64,000 nt of DNA from Uloborus diversus (lineage: Eukaryota). Position 1 is the first letter of the stretch, and every line of letters starts with the position of its first letter. Shown in pieces: positions 11,524-25,871 of the stretch. The translations under genes were made by a program, and so were the position numbers. The notes below the pieces were generated by a model that was given only the letters and a program-made list of their open reading frames with translations, did no database searches and was not told the DNA's origin. Location: contig NC_072740.1 of assembly GCF_026930045.1 (NCBI RefSeq), positions 29,620,384 through 29,684,383 on the forward strand. The letters are read 5' to 3'.

Positions 11524-14017
11524 GTAAGTTTATGTTGAATATGTGTACACAAAGAAATTTTTATTTTTGGTATATTTTTTTATACCTTCATTCTGATCAA
11601 AAGGCAAGTTTTTTCCCCCTAATGAAATTCTATTTCTAATTACTTTTCTTCTTAACAACCATTCATCTCAACTGTGAATACCCTAAGATAGATAAAACTA
11701 TTATTAAAAAATCATTTGATTCATTTCATGCATTAATTATGCAAAAAAATCCAGTTCGGATATAGTTTGTAACTGGACATACGATCTTTTGCTCCCATCT
11801 AGAGTGCATGAAACCTTATGCTGTTTCAGTAGCACCCATATGAATACAAAGTATATCAAATACTACACAAGCATTGAAATTTAATAACTCTTCGATTTTT
11901 GTAGTTCTTCTATGTGGAGGCGAAGCATGTTCGTAAAAATGAAAACAAACAAACAAAATCTTTTAGTTTTACTCTCAATTGCTGGTATTGAAGTGTAGAA
12001 AAGATTACATTTAAATTTCAATTAATAAACACATTAGGCTACCAACACTTAGATAATTTGTAACATATAAGCTTGTCTAAGAAAATAGACTATCAGCTAT
12101 CTCATAGTTGTTGGATTTGTTGACGCAGCCATAAATAGGGGTATTTGGGCTTATGAGAAGGTACCTGTAACTCAAAGCTGGCTCATTGGTACAAATTTAA
12201 TTATTTTTTCGTGTTTTTAAAGGTATTTTTTTTAAATTAGTTTTTAATGTTTTTATGATCACTTAGAAGTTCTAAGAAACTCTTGAAAACTATGAGATGT
12301 GATGCCAGCTTCTGAGACCCAAAATATGTTAGCAGCATTTACAATTAATGTGTGAAGAAGCTTTGATTAAAAATTTTCCTTTCAAGGGGGAAAATCACTT
12401 AGTAAATGCCCATTGCAAATAATTCTTATCTTTGTCTAGGTCTAATAACAATCTTTTATGTAAAAAAAAATCATGAAAGATCTGAAGAATAAAGCCTAAA
12501 TACAATTAGTTGGGGGGAAATAGTAACTATGAAATTTTTGCTGTTACATTAGCAAGTATTTTCAAAAATTCATTGCATGTAAATAGGAACAGAAATTTTC
12601 CTGAAAAATGTTTGTACAATGAAATGCAAGCTTTATTTTTGTATCAAAGCAAATAACCTTAAGTCATGACTGATTAATGTAGTTGAGAAAAGTGAAACCG
12701 ATTTATTCTGTAAGTGACCAATTCTGAACTTTACATTAATTGAAAGGTAGTTTATAAACTGTCAAGTAAAGTTCGAGGAGATCAAACGCCTTAAGAACTT
12801 ATATTGAGAGATATTTTTTAATGGAGTGTTTCCTCACAAAAACTTACAAAAAAAGTTTCAAAATGTGTTATTGCTAATTAATTTAGCTGTACTGATCATT
12901 AATTTTGCAAAACATCTAATACAATTGTGTGCTCTTATTGGAATATTGTTTAAAAGAATATCCTGCTTAATGAAATAAATTTTCAATGTCCGTAACCATT
13001 GTAATTAGAAATTTTGATCTTGGATAATGGAATATCCTGCGTATTAGAAAACCTATTTGTGACAAATTGACTATTTCATTAAGCGAGCTTGATTGTATTA
13101 TGTTTGTTGTACAAAAAAGTTACACAAGGCTTTAATTTTCATGCTATTCACTTTTCGCATTGTTCATTTTTCACTGAAGCGCCCCATGGATGCATTATAC
13201 TCTCCATTTAATAACTTATAACGATATTAAACGATATTAACGATATTTAATAACTTATAACGATATTAACTCTTGTGCATTTATAAATGTGTGCTGTTAA
13301 TAGATGCTTCTATGAATTTAAAAAGTATTTAAAATTAAATTTCTTTGCTTACTATGTGAAATGAATAAAAGTGAAAAAAATCACTGCCTTTTGGTAACAA
13401 AGTAACACTAGGGAACACAATATTAATAAAGCACAAATTGGTAACTGATTGCAAACACGTGTTTCAGGCTTTCAAGGAACCACTTTTTCAATGAAAAATT
13501 GAGCTTTTGCAAAAGCAGTTACCTGGAAAAAGCAACAAGGTGGAACAAACGATAGTTTAAGCAGTAAAAATTGGAGATTATCATAAAAAACCAAGGCAAG
13601 AAACCTAGAATCGAGCTTAATCACTGATTTCCACGTTTGTAATAAACTTTAACGCTGGGTTTCATTTTGTCTTGGCTGTTTTGTTAATCTCGAATATGTG
13701 ACGGTAATACTTTTAACTCTGAATATAGCATACGACAGAGTTGCTTGGGTGACAACATGATGTAAGAAAAACAGCCATTGAGTATTGTCCTATCATGATT
13801 GTCATCCCCCCCCCCTTTCGTTTCAAAATCCTTTTTTGTGCGGAGAATGTGTTTTAAATGTGCCATTCAACATTAGTTTATTGATGTTTCACTTATTCAT
13901 TCTTTTTTATTTTACTTGCCAAAAAAAAAAGTTATGATTGGAAATAAACCTCATTTTTTAATTGCACATAAAAATAAATTTATTTTGTCACTCTTAAAAC
14001 CTAGTATATTCTATTAG

Positions 14018-14144
14018 AATGACTGTATTTTTGGTTGTGGAATTGATGGCAGTATAATTGTGTGGTCTGTTGATGGAAGAGTTTTGAGTTCTGTACCTGG
14101 AATCAACCAGTCTTCAGCAGTATTAGCATACTGTATTGATAGAG
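14018..14144 (+). CDS. WD40-repeat gene exon (NDCIFGCGIDGSIIVWSVDGRVLSSVPGINQSSAVLAYCIDR-)
   Basis: Acceptor ctattag|AAT and donor AGAG|gtaagt. It ends in phase 1. The sequence has a WD-like GSIIVWS. Confidence 0.6.
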
Positions 14145-14159
14145 GTAAGTTTTTTTACA

Positions 14160-14895
14160 AAACTGTTGCTATAAAAATCATTTTCAAATAAAAAAAAGAA
14201 CCTACTTTAAAAAACAAAGAGGAACTAAAAAGTCAAAAATAATTGGTCATACTTACATATGATTTCCTACCCAAACGTATAAGTCAAATTCATTTTACAA
14301 TTCCAGTACAAAAATCAACTAAACTAAGCACCCAATTATAAAATAAACACTGATTTTAATTACTGTACAATGAATTATTTTAATACCTGACTAATTATAT
14401 ACGAGAAATGCCCTGGCTAATTGGGCGGTAATTTACTGAATATAATTATATACGATCTCTTAATTTTTAATAACCATTTGAAGTCGGGGCCTCCTATAAA
14501 CTACTACCTAACGTAACTGCCTATGATTAGTTTTAAAGACTTTTGCATTTTGTTTAATTAGTGTTTAACTCGGGATTTGGTGGGTTGTCAGTTACGTTAG
14601 GTAGTAGTTTATAGGAGACCCCAACTTCAAATGGTTATTAAAAATTGAGAGATTGTATACATTTAGTTAGGTATTAAAATAATTCATTGTATAGTAATTA
14701 AAATCAGTGTTTATTTTTTAATTGGGTGTTTAGTTTAGTTAATTTTTGTACTGGAATTGTAAAATAAATTTGATGTATACATTTGGGTAGGAAATCGTAT
14801 GTAAGTATGTCCAATTATTTTTTACTTTTTAGTTCCTCTTTGTTTTCTGAAGTCGATTCTTTTTTATTTGAAAATAATTTATTTTTTTCTTTCTA
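14160..14895. mobile_element. foldback / long inverted-repeat element (~350-bp arms, short loop) in an intron immediately after the exon donor at 14144
   Basis: 14175-14530 is the near-perfect reverse complement of 14545-14890 (e.g. aacaaagaggaactaaaaagtcaaaaataattgg… vs …ccaattattttttactttttagttcctctttgtt). Confidence 0.85.
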
Positions 14896-15852
14896 TTGGT
14901 GTAAATATAAATAAAGTATGTAGGGTAGAGTATGTGGTACACTCCTTACGTGCATCTCAAGTGAGAAAGCGTTAAACATACAATTCTAAAAACAGCTAAA
15001 GTGAGCAAAATAGAGAAAGAAATACAACACACCATCTCAGAGACTTCCAAAGACTGAAGAAATGCTTTTTCAAATGCGTAATTATTTACAAAGAAAATTT
15101 TCTTCATCATCAGTTTGACTTTATCAAAGTATGCTTTCCGAAAAAAATTCACAAGTCACTAAAAAACGACAGAAATCGCTTTTAACATAGAATTTGAAGA
15201 GTTTTCTTAATTTTTCAAGGATCCCATCTTCAGATACTGACCTGATGTCGATGGGATCTCCTGGGAAGTATATACTTTTTCAAACGAGAAAAAAAAAAGA
15301 ATTTTTCAGATTGGTCTATACATGTTTGAGTTTACAGGGGGCATACATAAAAATATTCCAAAGAATTGAGAACGTCTTTTTTGAAGTCGGTTAAAAAAAG
15401 AAAAAATCTTAATGAGCATAATATTTTATATGATTAGCACTAAAAACTGATCTTTGTTCCTCTCCAGGGTTTATTTTGGCACTAAATTTATTAGAACCAT
15501 TTAAATGTTAATGGTTTTCCTAACTATTTTATATTTCCCCTTTCCTAATAGAGTTTTTTAATAGAATGTGGAAATATTATTTTGTTTTAAGTGTACATTT
15601 ATAACTTACGGAGTTATTGAGTCACAAACTGGCTGACATGAACTCTGAAAATTTAGGTTTAGCTTAAGCATCGACTTCTAATTTCAATAACAAAGCAACA
15701 AACAGTTTTTAAGCTTCCATACTTAGCATACTCTCATATGTATGCATGATTTACAGAAGTAAAAATTTTCATTGAAATCTGTGACATGTCAGCCACAGCT
15801 GATTTGCTCCTTTTGCATGAAATGACCCTAATGAAGACTTATTTTGTTGCAG

Positions 15853-15929
15853 ATTCTACCAATAAACTTGATGTTTTGCTTGCTTTTGTTGATAAAGATG
15901 GAAGTGTTAAAATAAGAAAATCTTTGCAG
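15853..15929 (+). CDS. WD40-repeat gene exon (DSTNKLDVLLAFVDKDGSVKIRKSLQ)
   Basis: Acceptor ttgttgcag|AT and donor CAG|gtgatt. It completes the phase-1 codon (g+at=GAT). Confidence 0.55.
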
Positions 15930-16139
15930 GTGATTTTTCTATTTATTACTAACTAATCAATAGCTTAGATTTTAATGCTTACATTATTCCACTTAGTTTT
16001 TAACTTTGTTTTGTAGTAATCAATATATGTTCTCATATGCTGCTTTGAGGGTTAAAACTGAATTTTATAATTGCTTCTATTGGATGACATTCTGGAAATA
16101 AATTTTCATTCATTTCCTGTAGCAATAATATGTTATAAT

Positions 16140-16700
16140 GTTGCAATGTTTTGGTATAATTACTGTATTTTCCTGCATATTATCCATGGATTATTTGTTA
16201 AAAAGGTGTACAGTTAATGAGGTGCAGATTATACTCTGAGGTAGATTAACGGCACTTTTTTTCTCAACGTCAATGCATTGATCCTCAATTTTCAGCACTA
16301 TTCACCAAAGAGACAGTTTTCATAGCCTGTATGGTTGTTTATTTTACATTGCTTGAGTTTTCCTCTTATGTCAAGCTCCGTAAATAAACAACCATACAGT
16401 CATAGTAGAAAAGTCTCCATTTGCACTAAACTATTAGAAATTTGCAAAAGACCGTTTGCTCCTTTGTCTTGACTGTCTTTAAGTATTTAGCATATTGTAA
16501 TCACGATTTCAGGAAGAAATAATTTTTTTTAAAGATTAATTTTGAGTATACGTGAAATAACATTGCTTTTAATTTTTAATTTAGTTGCTAAAATTGCATG
16601 TTAAATCAAAACAGCTTTGTTTTTTGACATGATATTATCTGCAGATTATATGGAGGAAAATACGGCATATCACCGTACCTTTAGTTCAAAAAAAATTGTC
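16140..16700. repeat. dispersed ~560-bp repeat with internal hairpin; second copy at 54240-54800
   Basis: Colinear similarity (…gtgtacagttaatgaggtgcagattatac…cctgtatggttgtttattttacat.gcttga…taaataaacaaccatacag…gttaaatcaaa.c…). The internal inverted repeat is at 16325-16410. Confidence 0.7.
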
Positions 16701-19700
16701 ACTATCTGAACTTCAGAAAACCTAAATATGTTGTAAATTTAAAAAAAAAAAATGATGCTATTGCTTACAAGCTGACAGGTTAAGTTAGTTGACAAATCTT
16801 GACTCACTCTAAAAGAAATATAGGTAATTAGAGGACCCGACAGACGTTGTTCTGTTCAAACTTTGTAAATTGAAAAGTTATAAAATTTCAATAAACTATC
16901 AAGTGTTTGAACCGTTTTGTTAAAAAAAGTAAGTAAAAGGAAAATGTTTTAAGCTGCTTGGTGTCGGAATACATATATTTATTACTACTTGATTTATCTA
17001 ATGCCCACTGAGCAGTTGTTTTATTAACTATTTTTTCTCCCGTACTTGATGGTTTGTTCCTTCAGCCATACTCAAAGGATAAAAAGCCTTCTCAGATATT
17101 AAGTGTAAAAAACTATCTACCCATTTAGAACAAACGGGAAACCCGGCTGTAACATCTCGCATATGAAAAAGAATAAAACAATTGCAAGGATAGTGTTTGA
17201 AAAAATGATTAAGGTAAAAACAGTTCTCTGAATAGGCAAAAATCACTCATTCCCCCCCCCCCCCTCCTGATGTAAAATAAACACAATCTGCAACTAAATT
17301 GACGAAACATTCTTTAAAAACAAAAAAGAATTCTTTGCAATTTGAAATATTTTGCCAAATAAACAAAAAATACAATAAATTACATTAACAGTAGCTTTAA
17401 AGTGTAAACAAATGTTCAGGCAACTCTATTGTTTATAGCCTAACTTGGCAAGCCACCACATTGCTGTTATCCAACCGATCAGTGAGCGAAGCTAACTCCG
17501 GCCGATTAGTGGTCCGATCTTTTGAACGAAAACTTTTAAAACTTCATATATTGCCTAATTTGTTCTTTCCACCAAAGATAAAGATCTTCCACTGCATTGA
17601 TCTTTTGTGTACAGAACTACCCTGTTGTAATTTATCTAGACGAAAATAAAATTTGTTTCGTCTTTAAATTCCATCATTTTTTCCTTTAATAATGTACTGA
17701 TTAGTTTGATAATCCTTAAAGTATTCTTGACACTGGTCCAAAACTCAGATGGATTTGAGTCGAGAAACAAATGTTGCTAGGTACAATATGTACTTGCTGA
17801 TCACATGGTTGGAAAAACCTAAAGCACCGATTCAGTCACATGGTTCATCTACGATGATAGAACATACGTTTTGCGTGAACCTTCCAGTACTTACTCCAAG
17901 ACCTATAATCGTTGCTTTCAAGAAATGAAGGCTTCACTCTCTTCTCTCTACATTTTATATATTCTCAATTGACATATCACAGTATTAAATTTCATTACAA
18001 AAGCAGAGCTGACTTTCTTATTGTCCTTTGACAACGGGTTAAATACTTATTTCATTTCTCACTCAGCAATAGGTTAAAATAAATATTAATCATTCGGGAG
18101 ATATAACCATCCAATATTTTAATTAATTAATTAACAAAAACGTTTCTGATTCGATCCATCGTGCTTCTAAACCATGCTTTATGCAACTTAACTACACACA
18201 AAAATTTTGATCAAAATCGGTCCAGCTGTTTAAAAGTTTTATGGTGACAAATGTCCGCACAGAAGAAATATATATATTAAGATGTTCAGTTTAAAAAAAG
18301 AATTTTTAAACAGTTTAGAAGGGGGAAATGTGAACCCTTCCTTGTAAACTATGTTTAAAAGCTTCAAACTACAACTAAAGAGTATAAATAGATATTGCTA
18401 TTATACAAGCCTAAAGCATAATTTGCTCAGTTTATTTTACTTTACTGCTTGTTTTTTTATGTTATTTTGAGAGGCAAATTGAGTTAAACACTTTCTAAAA
18501 CCTGAAAACTATAGAGTTGAACAGCAGTCTAGCTGTAGGGTTAAATTGTTGTGATAAACACCTCTTTTTGCATAGTTAATGAGTAAGTCAGTTTGCATTT
18601 TATCAGTTTTCTTCAGCAGGAGCTATACCTATATACAGGGAAACACCGTTTATACGTTTCTCTTTTATAGGTTTTTATCAATTATACGTTTTTTAAATTG
18701 GTCCCTACAGAGTCTAATACACATTAAGCTCTATCTATTATATGTTTTTTCATTTGTACGCTTTTTGTACAGTCCCTTCAAAAAGGTATGAAGGGTGCTT
18801 CACTGTATATAAAACAGACCATGTTTCTTTGTTTGTTTGTACCTGTTGGCCAGAAGCCTAAATAGCACCTACTGCTCTGAAACTTGGCACAAAATTTGAA
18901 TGTAACCCGGGGGTATGCACCTCAAAGCCCAAATTCTAAATTTCTGATTAGTTTTTTCTTAGTTGAATGTTGTATGTGATTCTTAGCCCTTTTTTGTGTT
19001 TATTTCGTCACAGACCCCCAACCAATCGCGCCAGGAAAATATTTTTTGTACTATACTGCAGGGAATTTAATTTCAAATATCATGACTGAAAAAATTTTGA
19101 AAATGGACCTATTTTTGAATTGTTTATGAATTTTTGAAAAACCTTTATTTTGCATTTTTTCCTGGATCTAAACCCATCCCGCCAAAAGTATGAGAGATAT
19201 CTTACCGAAATTTTAGTATGTAATAGTCAAAACATTTTACCCTCTTCAGATTTTTTTTTCAAAAATTTGCAATAGCTTTTTTTTTTACAATTTTTTAAAA
19301 CACATTATATCTTCTAGCAGTGACCTGGGGGGGAAAAGCTTTCTTCCTTTCACAACCTGTGATGTCATGATAGGGTGAAAAAGTTCCTTCCCACTTATTG
19401 TGACGTCATGCCTGGATTTCAATTCGATATTGAGGAATTGAATCTAATTTGTTGCAATGCTTCTTTTTTTTTTTTTTGCTACTGCTAACAGTAGTACTTG
19501 CTTTTTTTCTTTCCTCTTTTATTTAGGAATTCTTTCTTTTTTCAATCCCCCCTTTTCCGCCGGACGTTCGGCTGCATTGATTTTACTTTACATATTTGAG
19601 TATTTAATTTAATTATTTAATTAAAATAGTGAAGTGTTTTTTTTTTTTGTAAACACTGTTTTTGCACATTATGAGAAACAAGGAGAAAGCTTTTTTTTGT

Positions 19701-20424
19701 GTGTGCTATTTAATTAAATGAATAAAGTACAGTTTTTTGAATGATCTTTGTTTATATTAGGAAATGGGCGGAGAGGTTAAAATAAATAGAGACGGATAAA
19801 AAAAAATTTAGAGGTAGATAGCCACTGAAGGTGACAATTTTTGCGTAAAAAGAGGAATGACTCAAATTGCAACTGGAAATAGGTATAGAAAATACGAAAA
19901 AGAAAGATATATATATATCAATTAATTCCGCTGTCAAATTTGTTTAAACAGCCTCTGTAGACAGCAAACTTGGAATAAAAACGGGCGGGGGGGGGGGGGG
20001 GATTTTTTTAATTCAAAGGACTTCCTTTAAATTCTTAGCACGGGCATTGCTGTGCGGGTACTGCTAGTACAATGTATCACAAAAGTGACTGCATTCTCAA
20101 ATGTAATGCTTTTTTTTTTTTATTCCTTTCTAGTAAGAGCTCTAAAGTACCTTTTTCTTTAATTTCTGAAATAGCAAAGCTGTAGTATGGTTCTCCTGCG
20201 ATATTAAAATCCATTAAATATTCATTTCACATGTTGGAAGAAATTTTTAAGTTTTAATTTTTTTTTTTTAAAGAAAGAATCTCATAAATATGGGTAGCAA
20301 TTGTTGCAAACAGTGGAGGGTCAAAAACTACACAACTTCCGAGAATTGGTTGTGCAGTTTTCAGGCCTCAAAGAAACAAACCCAAAGCTATTTTTCTTAA
20401 AACTGGAAAACTTATGAAACAAAA

Positions 20425-21570
20425 GTTTATAATACAAATATGACGACCAGCAACAGGCTCTGGGCCCAACTAGGCTGGTCCTAGTCTGTTTATTAGTCTC
20501 CAATGAAGATCAATGGCCCTCTTAAAGCTATCCACCCCCATACTCATTACCGCCTCTTCCAGTAAGCTATTCCTAGTGCCCACGATCCTACTAAAGAAGT
20601 AATTTTTCCTAATTTCCAGGTTAGCCTGAGATTTGAATAGCTTAAAATAATGACCCTTCATACTGCTTTCTGTGCAAAAATTTAACCCGTTAATATCTTT
20701 CATTTTAATAAATTTAAACACCTGAATCATGTCCCTTCTGACTTTCCTTTGCTCCAGGCCATACATATTAAGCCTATTAAGTCTGTTATAGTCTAAATTT
20801 GAAATTCCCCCTTACTGGTCTAGTAACCCTTCTTTAAACAGTTTCCAATACAGAAATATCTTTCCTGAGGTAAGGAGACCAAAACTGAACAGCAAATTTC
20901 AAGTGATGTCTTACCAAAATCCTATATAAAGGCAGAAGAACGATTTATTCGAAATAGATCTATTGATAAACCCAAGCATTCTGTTGACTTTGTTACTTGC
21001 AATGCTGCGCAATTGACTAAGCTTGAAATCTTTATTAAGATCAATAACGTTTTTTGCCTGACTAATGACCGAACCCTGTAAATAAATAATAACTCATAGG
21101 CTTATTTCCATGACCTAAGTGTAGCACTTGGCATTTCCCTACATTAGCTGCTATACCCCACTTATCCACCCACTTAGTGATATGATCAAAATCCTCTTAA
21201 AGCTGTTTTACATGTTCCTCATTTTCTACTATCCCCATAACTTAACATCATCAGCATAACAATTCATGTTTCCAGAAATATTATCATCAATGTCATTCAT
21301 AAAATTAGTAAACAAAAGAGGCCCTAAAACTGATCCCTGAGCAACCCTGCTTAAAATGTCACTCCGTTTAGAATGATTTTCCCTCACAACTACTGTTTGT
21401 TTTCTTCCAGTCAGTCAATTCCTAACCCAAAGTAAAGTTTTCCAACTTTACTTTACTGTAATGTCAATCCAAATTTACTTTATTATAGTATTTACTATAA
21501 TCAAAACATTCTTCATGCTATTACGCTTTAAAGTTTCAAATCCAAAAGTAATAAGTGTTCCAGAAGTAAC
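20425..21570 (-). mobile_element. truncated, degenerate CR1-like LINE copy (3' part), left arm of an inverted pair
   Basis: The reverse-complement 3' tail is at 20441-20520. The 98-aa ORF 20470-20766 matches the RT C-terminus. The sequence is colinear with the RT region up to ~21570. Confidence 0.75.
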
Positions 21571-22239
21571 CATTGTCATGAGGAGAAAATAACAGTAATA
21601 AACGTCATTAAAAAAATGCTTTTTCATTTATTTTTTATTTATTTCTTATTTAAGATCTTTCTTTTCAATTTAAATGGCAAAAATCATTCACATTCAGCTT
21701 TTCCATGCAGAATTCTTTGATATGTGTGCTTAATTTTTGTGTTTCTTTGAAGCCGTGAAAAAAAGAGGAAATTTCTAACTTTGATTTTTTAAGGGCAAAG
21801 GGAAAAATAAAGTATTTTTCTGATGAAGTACTCTCTATTCTATTGTAAAAAAATACTTTTGATCAAATGAATAAGTAAACTTAATGATGAATGAGCAAAT
21901 GGGAAGATAATGAAACAATAAACGAATAATTAGATTAATTAATTAATATACCATTTATTTTATGATATATTAATTAATTAATCTAATTTATTATCTCATT
22001 AATATTTCATTTATTTTTCCTCATGTATTAATTAACTAATTATTTATTTGTTAGTTTATTGTTTCTTTACCTTTTCATTTATTTTTATATACTTTTATTT
22101 GCTCATTAATTCGTTCAAAAAATTTTTTTACAATCAAATAGAAAGTATTTCATTTGAAAGATGCTTTATAAAGATATATATATATATATATCAATTTATT
22201 CCTCTGTCAAATTTGTTTAAACAGCCTCTGTAGACAGCG

Positions 22240-22880
22240 AACTTCTGGAACACTTATTATTTTTGGATTTGAAACTTTAAAGCGTAATAGCATGAAGAAT
22301 GTTTTGATTATAGTAAATACTATAATAAAGTAAATTTGGATTTACATTACAGTAAAGTAAAGTTGGAAAACTTTACTTTGGGTTAGGAATTGACTGACTG
22401 GAAGAAAACAAACAGTAGTTGTGAGGGGAAATCATTCTAAACGGAGTGACGTTTTAAGCAGGGTTGCTCAGGGATCAGTTTTAGGGCCTCTTTTGTTTAT
22501 TATTTTTATGAATGACATCAATGAAAATATTTCTGGAAGCATGAACTGTTTTGCTGCTGATGTAAAAGTCATGGGATTGTTGAAAATGAAGAACAAGTAA
22601 AACAGCTTCAAGAGGATTTAGATCATATTACTAAGTGGGTGGATAAGTGGGGTATAGCAGTTAATGTAGGGAAATGCCAAGTGCTACACTTAGGTCATGG
22701 AAATAAGCCTATGAGTTATTATTTATTTACAGGGTTCGGTCATTAGTCAGGCAAAAAACGTTATTGATCTTAATAAATCAGGATTTCAAGCTTAGTCAAC
22801 TGTGCAGCATTGCAAGTAACAAAGTCAACAGAATGCTTGGGTTTATCAATAGATCTATTTCGAATAAATCGTTCTTCTAA
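22240..22880 (+). mobile_element. truncated degenerate CR1-like LINE RT fragment, right arm of the inverted pair
   Basis: The forward sequence …caggatcagttttagggcctcttttgtttatt… is the reverse complement of 20860-21570. It encodes the RT motifs in + orientation and includes a frameshift. Confidence 0.75.
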
Positions 22881-23329
22881 GAATTTAAAGGAAGTCCTTT
22901 GAATTAAAAAAATCCCCCCCCCCCCCGCCCATTTTTTATGCCAAGTTCGCTGTCTACAGAGGCTGTTTAAACAAATTTGACAGCGGAATTAATTGATGTA
23001 TATATATATCTTTATTTTTACTTTGCCCCATAAAAAAAAGTGAACATTTTCCACTTTTTTTTTGAATTAACAATTTTCTGCCAAAATAAAAAAATAATGT
23101 TTCAATGTAAGTTTTATTATGAAATACAATGTTCTTTCTTTATGCACTGCAATTTTCAAAACAAATTTCCTATTTGTACATTTTGAAAAAGCTCTGTCAT
23201 CTTAACTATTTCACTTTGCCCCACATTCCCCTACATCAGCAGATGCATCAAGAAATAGGACTCATAATAAAAATATGAGCTGACCTCAGGCATAACATTT
23301 TGATGCCATATATGATCTAGCTGTTTATA

Positions 23330-24400
23330 CAGATACAATACAAATACAAAAGTGACGACCAGCAACAGGCTCTGGGCCCAGCTAGACTGGTCCTAGTCAA
23401 TTTACAATCCCCAGTGAAGATCAATGGCCCTCTTAAAACTATCTACTCCCTTGCTCATTACCACCTCTTCCGGTAAACTGTTCCAAGGTTCCACTACCCT
23501 GCTATAATAATAATTTTTCCTAATATCCATGTTAGCCTGAGATTTAAATAGCTTAAAACAATGACCTCTTGTCCCGTTTTCAGTGCATCAGTGCTAAACT
23601 TCAGCCCTGTAACATCTTTCATTTTAATAAATTTAAACAACTGAATCATGTCCCCTCGGTCTCTTCTTTGCTCAAGACTGTACATTTTTAACCTTCTAAG
23701 CCTGGAATCATAGTCTAAGTGAGAAAGTCCATTTATTAGCCTTGTAGCCCGCCTTTGAACCCTTTCCAATACATTAATGTCTTTCTTAAGATAAGGAGAC
23801 CAAAACTGAACAGCATACTCCAAATGAGGTCTTACCAAACTTCTATATAAGGGCAGAAGAACTTCTTTAGATTTGTTTGAAATAGATCTATTGATAAACC
23901 CAAGCATCTTATTGGCCTTGTTACTAGTAGTGCTGCACTGTTGGCTAAACTTTAAATCCTGACTTATTAAGACCCCCAGATCAGTAACTTTGTCTGCCTG
24001 ACTAATGACTGAACCTTGCAAATAATAACTTGTACACTTATTTCCATGCCCTAAATGTAGCACTTGACATTTCCCAACATTAACAGACATACCCCATTTA
24101 TCAGCCCACTCCGTAATATGATCTAGATCCTCTTGCAGCTGTTTTGCTTGTTCTTCATTATCTACAGTCCCCATAACTTTGACATCATCAGCAAAACAAT
24201 TCATGTTCCCAGAAATATTTTTGTGAATATCGTTCATAAAAACAATGAACAAAACAGGCCCTAACACTGATCCTTGAGGAACCCCGCTTAAAACCTCACT
24301 CCAATTAGAATAATATCCCCTCACTACTACCCTTTGTTTCCTACGTTTGAGGTCATTAGTTTGTTTGCCAGCATAATTTTCATATTTCCCCAATTATTTT
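23330..24400 (-). mobile_element. 5'-truncated copy of the same CR1-like LINE (RT C-terminal region plus 3' tail)
   Basis: The 299-aa minus-strand ORF 23494-24393 is near-identical to the RT segment 48463-49599 (…NCFADDVKVMG…). The reverse-complement tail sits at 23335-23420. Confidence 0.85.
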
Positions 24401-25871
24401 TATTGAATAGAGCTTGACTTTAAAAGAAAAGTATGAATGAGCAATAATTGCCAATTTAGTAATTCTTTCGTTTTTTCTGGCTGCCGAGAATGTCCTGTGG
24501 ATGAGCCTTTAAGATTTCAAAGCGATTATTTTTCCAATACTGTAAAAGCACTTATTTTCGCAAAAATGAAGATATCAGTGATTTTGCAAGTTGAAAACTT
24601 TGTGAATTTTATATGAACAGATTGAAAATTGAGAAACAAAAATATTTCGTGTGGCTTACATTCTCGTGATTACAACGGGCACACAAAAAATGCGAAAATT
24701 ACAGTACTGCAAAAATGAGTGCTTTTACAGTCACCAAATAAAATAAAGACGCTACTGTAAATGTTATAGAAGAGGATGATAACAGACATTTTTGTAAAAA
24801 AAAATAGAAATAGTAGATAATTCTTAGTAATATTCCCTGTTTAAGTGAGCTCATTTATCAATCTAAACCTTTTTTTCGTCCAATTCTCTTATGGTGTGTG
24901 TGTATTAGAGTGTCTCCTCCCAAAAAAAAAAATGAAAGTTGATTTTTCAATTTGTACACCCTCCTTTATTTTTCCTTTTACGTGAAAACAGTTGCAAAAA
25001 ACGTTTCTTATATTTTGAACAATGGCAACCAGTGCCCACTTAGCAACCAGTGTTGTCTGAGAGTGTGAACCAGCACTTGTAATGCTAGGCCAAATAAAAA
25101 AAAAAAAAAAACCTTTTTTTTGAAACTCAAAATTTCTGTTAATAAAATGTTGCCCCTATACCCCACATATACCACGAAAACATTTATTCAAATTAAAAAA
25201 CATTTAGGTATTTCACACTTGGCATAAAATTTATAATTTTCTTCAAAAAATTTGATTTTTTTTCAATATCTATTTGTTAAAAATTTAAGGTAAATTTTAC
25301 GAAATTATCAAGCTGAAAAATGTAAACAGTAAAGTGTGTAATTAGCGGTGGTATTTATGGGGTGTGGGGGGGGGCAAAGTTTTATCAACAAAAATTTCGA
25401 GTTTCTAAAAGAAAGTTTTTTTTTTCGATTTGGCCTGCATACAAGTGCTGGTTTACGCTTTCAGGCGCATGTCGGCACTGGTTGCCGTTGTACAAATTAT
25501 GTGAAACTTTTTTCACAATGGTTTGGACATAAGAGGAAAAATATAAGAGGATATGTGACTTGACAATTCGACTTTCATTTTTTATAGTACACTCTGGTTT
25601 CTATGCTTTTTATTTACTTATTTTTAGAAAATTAGTGACTACATTTCAAAAGTAATTTGTAAATGCTACATTTAAAAAAAGTATCTGTAGTTAAATGCAT
25701 TTGTAAAAGAAGAACTGCATTTGTTGAAGTAGCTGTAATTCGCTACAAAAAAAAATTTAGTTTTTCCAACCACTGCTATATTGTATTTAAATATTTTTAA
25801 ATAAAATACTTTTTTTAAAAAATTTAGTTATTGTTTATTTTTAATTGATTTGTAAAATTATTATTTTTTAG

